64,000 nucleotides of DNA, taken from the NCBI GenBank assembly GCA_036676395.1, contig JAKFCY010000002.1, positions 1,728,001-1,792,000 on the forward strand, given 5' to 3'. Every line of letters begins with the position of its first letter. Position 1 is the first letter of the stretch. Shown here in pieces: positions 57,694 through 64,000 of this stretch. Position numbers and translations under genes: made by a program. This stretch comes from Bdellovibrio sp. GTDB taxonomy: Bacteria; Bdellovibrionota; Bdellovibrionia; Bdellovibrionales; Bdellovibrionaceae. Under the pieces are notes generated by a model. It saw only the letters and a list, made by a program, of their open reading frames with translations. It did no database searches and had not been told where the DNA came from.

Positions 57694-59884
57694 AGCGCTC
57701 CTGCTCGTATTAATTTTTACTTCTTGTTCTGGCTCAATGGAAGATCTTTCAAGCCTTGAAGCTTCTAAAGGTTTTATCACTGACGGAGAAAACGTCGAAA
57801 CACCTCCAGCGGTAGATCCTGGACTAGAAACTGATCCCGGCAACGCCGGCTCTGTTCCTAGTGATGGCTCTGGTGATGGCTCAAATGTTGGCGATGGCGA
57901 TGGCAACTCATTACCTCCGGCGGCTCCAGTAATTGAAATTTTAAATGTAAATTCAAATTACTTTCGTGGTGGAATAACTCAAGATCTGATTTTTCGTGTC
58001 ACTTCACGTGTGGGTTCTGTAAGTTTAGTTGAATATGTGGTGGCCTGCCCTACACCAACTGCGATTCCTGAATTTAGCATCTTAACTGGCACAACTTCAA
58101 ATACGACCTCAGCTGTCACTATTCAATCAGGCGTGGTCTCAGTCGGTGCCGGTGAAGACACGACAGTTTCCTGGGCAACGCCCAATTTAGCCGGTGTGCG
58201 CTGCCGAAAAATCGATAATTCTTTTGAACAAGCAGATAACCGTTTTAAAATTCGCATCACCAGCGTGGGTGAATCAAATTTATCAAGCTCAGCTGAAAGC
58301 CAGGAATTTCAAATCGATTCTGAAGCGCCGATCTTAGCTGCAAGCGGTCTTACATGCATTGGTGGCAACTGCGTGATCGGTGGAGTTTCTAACTTACAAG
58401 TTTCAGGAGTTTACGATTTAGTAACCCCGGTTGCTGATATCTGTTTAAAAATGGATGATGCCACAACTCCAGAAGTGAATGATGTTTGCTGGACACCACT
58501 TTCAAGCTTAGGCATTACAGTACCAACTCTTACACCGGCAAATTTTGCATTTAATTATTTCTTAGGATTTTTACCCTTCACGATGACCAGCTATTTCTGG
58601 ACAAAAGATTCTGCCGGAAATATTTCTGAGCTGTCTGCAGCCGCTGCCGGCACAGATGCCCGCGACCGTTTAAGCATTACAACCAGCGGCACAACCCGCT
58701 TTGTAAATGATTACGCAACCCTTTCAGCGTCATCAACGGGCCTTTATCATCATGCGGCTACAGGCGAATTTTTAACGATGCCCAGCGCCAGTGTTTCAGG
58801 AATTAAAACTTATCTTGAATCATCAGCTAACTTTAGTTTAACCGTTCCGGCTCATGATAGTTTAAATTTAGCTCCGAATGGTGAAATATTTGCTAAATCC
58901 GAAGACGGCGTTTATCGCTTCGATACAAAAATTTTAGATGATGCTCCAGGTTCTACTATTAAATCTTCGTTCATTCTAAACTCAGGAACTTTCGCAGAAG
59001 GCGCTTTAGGGGCTGCGACTTTTAACCACGTTAAACGTCATGCGATTGATGCTAAAGGTGTTCACTGGTTTTTAGATGACGGAAAAATTTCCTATTTTGA
59101 CCCAAGCTCTGCAACCCCACAACTGACTTATGTTGCTGGTGGTGGTACCAGCGAAACAACAGATGTGATTGATGATCCCAAACAATTAAAAATTAACGAT
59201 AGTTTAAATATCGATGCCTTCGGTGTATTTACAGTATTACCAAATCAATGGGTGGTTTTTTCGTCGGATGATCCAACTCTTCCGGTCAGTGCCGGTGTGC
59301 CTGCAAATCGTTTTAAACTGCGTGTGTACAAGCACAGCAGCGATCCAAGTAAACGTAGCGTATCTACAGTATTTATCAGCGGCAGCACCGCTCAAGGGCC
59401 GACCGATGCTTTAGTTCCGTATTCACGCTTAGCCATTAGCTTTGATCCGATTCGTAATAACATTGCAAATATCACCGGGCGTTTTTGCGCGACCAGTTTT
59501 GTTGATGGAATTACCGATCACTGTGATAGCGCTAAATTAATTAAGTTTTATGTCAGTACGAATACGAGTCCTGAATATATGGGTTCGGTAAATCGTGATA
59601 GCTTTCTATCATTTCAATACGGAAAAGATACACTATTTATGATGGATTCAACAAAAGGCACGATTTCAAAATATGATTCAAGTTCATTTCAAAAAATCGC
59701 CGGTGGTAATAGTCTTGGAACCGATTATTGTACTAACTTTACGCCTTCAACAAGCTGTCAGTTACGTGTGCGTGATTTTAAACCGATCATGAATGGAAAC
59801 GATCAAGTGCTAATCCTGGATCAAAACTATTTACGAATTATTGAACTAGGACAAGTATTTAGTATTTTTTCGGCTGCGCCTTAG
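57674..59884 (+). CDS. Lipoprotein paralogue of 53830-57693 (Ig-like plus propeller-like)
   Basis: Lipobox TSC; shared block IDSxAP...CLK...CW...LG...YFWxKDxAGN. Confidence 0.65.
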   Translation: MYRLIFRALLLVLIFTSCSGSMEDLSSLEASKGFITDGENVETPPAVDPGLETDPGNAGSVPSDGSGDGSNVGDGDGNSLPPAAPVIEILNVNSNYFRGGITQDLIFRVTSRVGSVSLVEYVVACPTPTAIPEFSILTGTTSNTTSAVTIQSGVVSVGAGEDTTVSWATPNLAGVRCRKIDNSFEQADNRFKIRITSVGESNLSSSAESQEFQIDSEAPILAASGLTCIGGNCVIGGVSNLQVSGVYDLVTPVADICLKMDDATTPEVNDVCWTPLSSLGITVPTLTPANFAFNYFLGFLPFTMTSYFWTKDSAGNISELSAAAAGTDARDRLSITTSGTTRFVNDYATLSASSTGLYHHAATGEFLTMPSASVSGIKTYLESSANFSLTVPAHDSLNLAPNGEIFAKSEDGVYRFDTKILDDAPGSTIKSSFILNSGTFAEGALGAATFNHVKRHAIDAKGVHWFLDDGKISYFDPSSATPQLTYVAGGGTSETTDVIDDPKQLKINDSLNIDAFGVFTVLPNQWVVFSSDDPTLPVSAGVPANRFKLRVYKHSSDPSKRSVSTVFISGSTAQGPTDALVPYSRLAISFDPIRNNIANITGRFCATSFVDGITDHCDSAKLIKFYVSTNTSPEYMGSVNRDSFLSFQYGKDTLFMMDSTKGTISKYDSSSFQKIAGGNSLGTDYCTNFTPSTSCQLRVRDFKPIMNGNDQVLILDQNYLRIIELGQVFSIFSAAP

Positions 59885-61260
59885 AAATCGAGAAGAAGAC
59901 CAAACTTAGTTAAACCAAATTTACGGCTACTGCCTGCCGCGGTAGCCAATTGCATATCTTGTGTTTCAAAAATCCCGCCGATAACATATTCAGTTTTACC
60001 CACAGTCATTTTATATTTGTAGTTTAAGCCAATTTTCATGTGTGATTTTACAACTTTTGAACCTAACGAGGCCATTTCAAATTTGCCGATAACCGTGCTT
60101 TTCGGATTCATCGTGTAAATAGCGTCGGCGCCGAAAGCAAATTGTGAAGATTGAAACTTCGTGCTTGAAAGATCTTGTTTAACATCGAAGTTTCTATGCC
60201 CCGTCCATACGCCGTAATTAAAGCTCGCTTTGTTGTTTGAATAATAACCAAAGGTCATTTTTGAATCACGAGAACTCACTACCGCCGGGTCTTCACCCGT
60301 CGAAAAACTATTATAAAAACCAAAGCCCACTTTAAAAGAAGTCCAAACAAAGTCTGTTAATCCAGAAAATTCGTAGAAAAAACTTGAAGAAGAATAACTT
60401 GCAGACTCACTGGCTAAAGCCGCTGACGCCATGCCAAAATAAAATGTTTTATCAAAGCCAATCGATAAAGCCGCTGCTTTTTCTTCTAACTTTTTAACAA
60501 AAACTGCAAAGGTTAAAGTTTGGTCTTGGTGTTTAAAACGAAAAGCCCCCGAAGCCTGGCCTTTTAAATTTCCGGTGGGAATCTCAAAAGTGCGGTAACG
60601 CTCACCTTTTCCAGAAACTTCAACGATGTTGGCGCTATTCCAACGGGCTTCTTGTGGAAGCGAAATAGTCACTAAGCCTGGCGACACTGAAAAATTACAG
60701 TTAATCCCCATCGGAAAAGTCACCGCTAAATTTTTAACTTCTTTTAATTTAAAAAGTTCTTCTGGACAGTTGCGGCTCATAAGAACTTTTTGCTCAGGCT
60801 TCCATTCAATTTCATAAAGCACTTGGCCCGCTTCATCTTGAATAAAAGTTTTACCAGCGCCAGTTACAATTCTGATTTCATCAGCCATCACCGGAGTATC
60901 TAATAGATCTTCAGCGATCACAGGTGTTGCCGCAGCTGCAGTTTCGGCTTTTACCGTGCCTGATTGCTCGGGTGGCGCTGCCGTTGTTAAAATGTATTTA
61001 TTCATGAATGAAAAATCTGTTGCCGCAGAGTCGGCACCTTTGGTTCTATATTTTTGAGGCAAGATAAAACCTTTTTTTAGAACAATTTCAACCCCGTAAA
61101 CAATATTTACCTGATCAAGTTTTACAAAGCCTTCTTTGGCAGAAAATAATACGGGATTGGCCGTTGAATTATTTTTGATATCTTTTATTGTGACTTCAGC
61201 TAAAGCAAATGACGAAAAGACCAATGAAAATAGAAGAGTTTTGATTTGACCTAGATGCAT
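59881..61260 (-). CDS. Putative outer-membrane beta-barrel protein with N-terminal periplasmic domain
   Basis: Signal peptide; alternating strands in the C-terminal half; terminal FGLLLDF. Confidence 0.65.
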   Translation of the reverse strand: MHLGQIKTLLFSLVFSSFALAEVTIKDIKNNSTANPVLFSAKEGFVKLDQVNIVYGVEIVLKKGFILPQKYRTKGADSAATDFSFMNKYILTTAAPPEQSGTVKAETAAAATPVIAEDLLDTPVMADEIRIVTGAGKTFIQDEAGQVLYEIEWKPEQKVLMSRNCPEELFKLKEVKNLAVTFPMGINCNFSVSPGLVTISLPQEARWNSANIVEVSGKGERYRTFEIPTGNLKGQASGAFRFKHQDQTLTFAVFVKKLEEKAAALSIGFDKTFYFGMASAALASESASYSSSSFFYEFSGLTDFVWTSFKVGFGFYNSFSTGEDPAVVSSRDSKMTFGYYSNNKASFNYGVWTGHRNFDVKQDLSSTKFQSSQFAFGADAIYTMNPKSTVIGKFEMASLGSKVVKSHMKIGLNYKYKMTVGKTEYVIGGIFETQDMQLATAAGSSRKFGLTKFGLLLDF

Positions 61261-61274
61261 GCCTTAATAGGTTA

Positions 61275-61946
61275 TTAATCTGCGTTATCTAATGCAATGT
61301 TTTTCTTGCTGCCGCGATAAGCGAGTACAAACATCACAACAAGAATAATAAAACTTATAGTAACTAGACCACCACCGGTATCGTGGGGTTGTTCCGAAGC
61401 CGGAGCCCGCTCAGCAATAACAAGCGTACCCTCTGTGGTTTTCTCGTTCGCCATAGCAAGCTGTTGATCTAAAGAGTTCTTCTGAGCTTGGCCTTTGGCA
61501 CTGCTGGTTTCTGCAAATGATTTTTTTGCATGATAAACTTTAACCTGTACCGAAGTGTTGGTTGCAAAGTCTGACACTTGGAACCGGTTTAAAGCTAAGA
61601 CCTCAATCCATGCATTCGAATACCCAATATGTTCATCTAAAGTGGTTTTAAAATCAGACTTTGTTAAAGTCACTAATTGATACGGACAGCGTTCTAATTC
61701 GTGGTTATTTAAAACTTTTTCTTTATGTTCATCTGCACGGGGCAAACTAGAATTAAAATAAACAAATTGTCCTGGTGCAAGCCCGCGCGATACACTGGCA
61801 TCGATTTTTTCAATATCTGCCGTTTTACCACCCAAACGTTTTATCGTTTTACGAATACCAGAAAGTGTATCACCGGGTTTAACGATGTAAACCGCGTTGA
61901 CTGTGATTCCACTTTTAGCAAAAGTTTGGGTTTGGTACTGCTTCAT
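61275..61946 (-). CDS. LysM-like domain protein with C-terminal TM helix
   Basis: YIVKPGDTLSGI; LVTISFIILVVMFVLAY anchor; TAATG-coupled to the upstream gene. Confidence 0.65.
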   Translation of the reverse strand: MKQYQTQTFAKSGITVNAVYIVKPGDTLSGIRKTIKRLGGKTADIEKIDASVSRGLAPGQFVYFNSSLPRADEHKEKVLNNHELERCPYQLVTLTKSDFKTTLDEHIGYSNAWIEVLALNRFQVSDFATNTSVQVKVYHAKKSFAETSSAKGQAQKNSLDQQLAMANEKTTEGTLVIAERAPASEQPHDTGGGLVTISFIILVVMFVLAYRGSKKNIALDNAD

Positions 61947-62773
61947 TAGTTAAATTTTTTCAAATTAATTTTTTTAGTTTTAGAACGATTGTCATCGTCA
62001 TCTTTTAATAATATTTTTTCGACTAATTTTTCCTGGCCGTTAACTACAATGAAAAGTGAAACTTCATTCGCTGATTCATCACCGCGGCTATTATACAAAG
62101 AAATATCAAAACTGTATTCACCGTCTTTAGGCGCTGTTGTTTTAAACATTTCAACACCTGGTCCACGATCTGAATCATTTACGAATTCATCAGGATCGGT
62201 ATCAGATAATTTGCGGTTTTTGAAATTAAGTTCTTGGCCTAATGGTGTTGTCACTTTTAAATCGACGTCATGACTTCTATTAGCCCATTTCACAAACACG
62301 ATCACACTTGTTGCATCAGCTGGTATTGCTTTCGTAGAAGCTACACCACGTGCAGCTTCTTGCATTTTGTTTTGAGCTGTTTTTGAAAATTGTGCAATTT
62401 TAACAATGGCTAAATCTTTTGTGCTTAATTCATCTTTAGCTTGTGATAATTGTGAACGTAATTTATTTACATCTGAATTTAATGACGCGATAATTTTTTT
62501 CAGTTCTTCAGTATCTGCATTAGCCACCATTTTATCCATGGCTGAACTTTGTTCAACTGCAGATGACTGAAAACCTTTTTCAGACATTTTTTTAAGTTCT
62601 TTTTCAACAGCATCAGCAACACTTTTATTCTTTAGCGCAAAAGAATATAACATTACGAATAGACCAAACAATAAAGTCATCATATCCGCATAACTGACTA
62701 GCCACTTTTCATCAACGTGGGGAACCCCGTGAGAATCGCTATGACGTTTTTTACGACGCACTCGCCACCTCAT
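61946..62773 (-). CDS. MotB-like protein (MotB TM + coiled coil + YfaP/DUF2135-like domain, no OmpA domain)
   Basis: WLVSYADMMTLLFGLFVMLYS; W..HDVDLKVTTP.G...DSDRGPGVE; start 62773 or GTG 62761. Confidence 0.78.
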   Translation of the reverse strand: MRWRVRRKKRHSDSHGVPHVDEKWLVSYADMMTLLFGLFVMLYSFALKNKSVADAVEKELKKMSEKGFQSSAVEQSSAMDKMVANADTEELKKIIASLNSDVNKLRSQLSQAKDELSTKDLAIVKIAQFSKTAQNKMQEAARGVASTKAIPADATSVIVFVKWANRSHDVDLKVTTPLGQELNFKNRKLSDTDPDEFVNDSDRGPGVEMFKTTAPKDGEYSFDISLYNSRGDESANEVSLFIVVNGQEKLVEKILLKDDDDNRSKTKKINLKKFN

Positions 62774-63614
62774 CTTTTGGTGGTTCCTCCACCGGAATTG
62801 CTGGCTGTTCATAGCTGGCAATAAATTTACCTAATGATTTTCTAACGGCCATTTGTTCATTGATATCTAAACCAAAAGTAATGACCTCAGTTAAGCTTTC
62901 AAATGACACGCCTTCTTTTTCTTTTACGATCGCTTCAGCGATAACTTCACGGATATGATTATCATCTTCAGCTAATTGAAACGCATAATCGGCCAAGGGT
63001 AAGAACACGAAATTGGCTAAACCGATTCCCCAGAAAGTGGCTGTTAAGGCCACCGCCATGGCTTTACCCATCGCCTCTGGGCCGCCCGATCCTAAATTAG
63101 TCATCATCTGAATCATACCCGTTGAAGCTCCGAGAAGACCTAAAGCTGGTGGATATTTAGAAATATTAAGTAAAACTTTTGCGTACGCTTGGTAGCGGAT
63201 TTTAAAATTTTGTACGCGCATGGCCATAGCTTCATAAACTTCATCCGGCTTCATGTGTGGTTCACGCAATAATAGTAATCCGTCTAATACGAACATGTGG
63301 TTGTATTTACGTTTTTTCGCATCAAAAAATGGGGATTTATTCTGATACAACGATGTTAATAACTCATAAACCACTTCGATATCGTATGAACTCTTTTTTA
63401 AGAAGAATCCGTAGATTAAGAAGTCGATAAGTTCTGAAACCATCTTAAACGAGTACGATAAAAGCGTAATCGCGATGGTTCCGCCGAACACTAAGGCTAA
63501 GGCATGCGTATTCGCAAAAATCGATAGATCCGCAAATCCACTGAAAACCCCGACATACATCACAAAGCCGAGAGCAATAAGTCCAAACCATATTGATCTA
63601 ATTTTCATAACCAT
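62751..63614 (-). CDS. MotA/TolQ/ExbB proton-channel family protein (MotA-like)
   Basis: LVFGGT, YPPALGLLGASTGMIQMM, MAVALTATFWGIGLANFVFLP. Confidence 0.85.
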   Translation of the reverse strand: MVMKIRSIWFGLIALGFVMYVGVFSGFADLSIFANTHALALVFGGTIAITLLSYSFKMVSELIDFLIYGFFLKKSSYDIEVVYELLTSLYQNKSPFFDAKKRKYNHMFVLDGLLLLREPHMKPDEVYEAMAMRVQNFKIRYQAYAKVLLNISKYPPALGLLGASTGMIQMMTNLGSGGPEAMGKAMAVALTATFWGIGLANFVFLPLADYAFQLAEDDNHIREVIAEAIVKEKEGVSFESLTEVITFGLDINEQMAVRKSLGKFIASYEQPAIPVEEPPKDEVASAS

Positions 63615-63620
63615 TCCCCT

Positions 63621-64000
63621 TTAATTAGCCACACTAATAATTTCGCGCGTGCGATGTGTTAAACGAACCACATCCCCATTCATATTCAGCAAACGAATTT
63701 GCTGAAACGCGCTTTGATTGTTTAAGTTCGTAAATTTAAATTCTGAAGTAAAATTGAAATACTGAGAGGCACTTTCAGCCAATTCTTTAGTAACAACGAT
63801 GTTTTGTTCAAGCACCGTATGTAAGTGTGCCGCTTTTTGCACTTCTGAAAAAGGTTTACCAAAATATAACATTTCACCTGTTTGTGGGCTCATGTGAATA
63901 ACAGCACTACCTTTAGCCGCACACAGCATAAATGATTTAAACACGCCACTATCATTCATCTTATGTTTTAGAAAACTTTCAATATCTAAGAGTGAGTTCA
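63621..64000 (-). CDS. Hypothetical protein (partial; frame open to the window edge)
   Basis: Frame stays open upstream of the ORF-track ATG 63959 (NSLLDIESFLKHK-M); stop lies 6 bp before motA-like start. Confidence 0.55.
   Translation of the reverse strand, partial: NSLLDIESFLKHKMNDSGVFKSFMLCAAKGSAVIHMSPQTGEMLYFGKPFSEVQKAAHLHTVLEQNIVVTKELAESASQYFNFTSEFKFTNLNNQSAFQQIRLLNMNGDVVRLTHRTREIISVAN

Noticed and set aside
61930..61990. Programmed frameshift fusing the MotB-like and LysM ORFs
   Set aside because: The downstream frame has a stop two codons before its ATG and there is no clear slippery heptamer; TAATG coupling explains the junction.
61946..63614. Zorya ZorAB defence system
   Set aside because: The MotA-like protein lacks the long ZorA tail, the MotB-like protein lacks the OmpA domain, and no zorC/D/E-like genes are in view.
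1..64000. CRISPR array, rRNA, prophage or integrase
   Set aside because: No regularly spaced repeats, rRNA-like tracts or phage/integrase hallmark genes were seen.

Overview
AT-rich (roughly 38% GC by eye) bacterial chromosome segment. Gene content and many orphan secreted proteins point to a Bdellovibrionota-type predator (inference). 1-24.5 kb is an accessory stress, metal and signalling region (two small heat-shock proteins, VKOR-epimerase fusion, histidine kinases, ChrA, CopA, DbpA, TetR/SDR pair) that ends at the 3' end of a tRNA-Leu(UAA). 24.7-42 kb is mostly housekeeping and envelope genes (IMPDH/GMPR, murI, MepA-like lipoprotein, lysA, mpaA, dapD, LolC/E, ridA, CPA2 antiporter). 42-48.7 kb holds three permuted papain-like enzymes, a RAYT-type HUH transposase with GGGGCAWTGCCCC palindromes, and PhoD. 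49-64 kb holds the most unusual material. One part is a sigma28-type four-gene operon of giant Cys-rich surface proteins (two paralogue pairs: tail-fibre-like motif plus lectin-like tip, and Ig plus propeller). It converges on a non-canonical MotA/MotB-like operon whose MotB has a YfaP/DUF2135-like domain instead of the OmpA-type wall anchor, followed by LysM and outer-membrane barrel genes. A chimeric gene-birth event next to murI is also visible at the DNA level.
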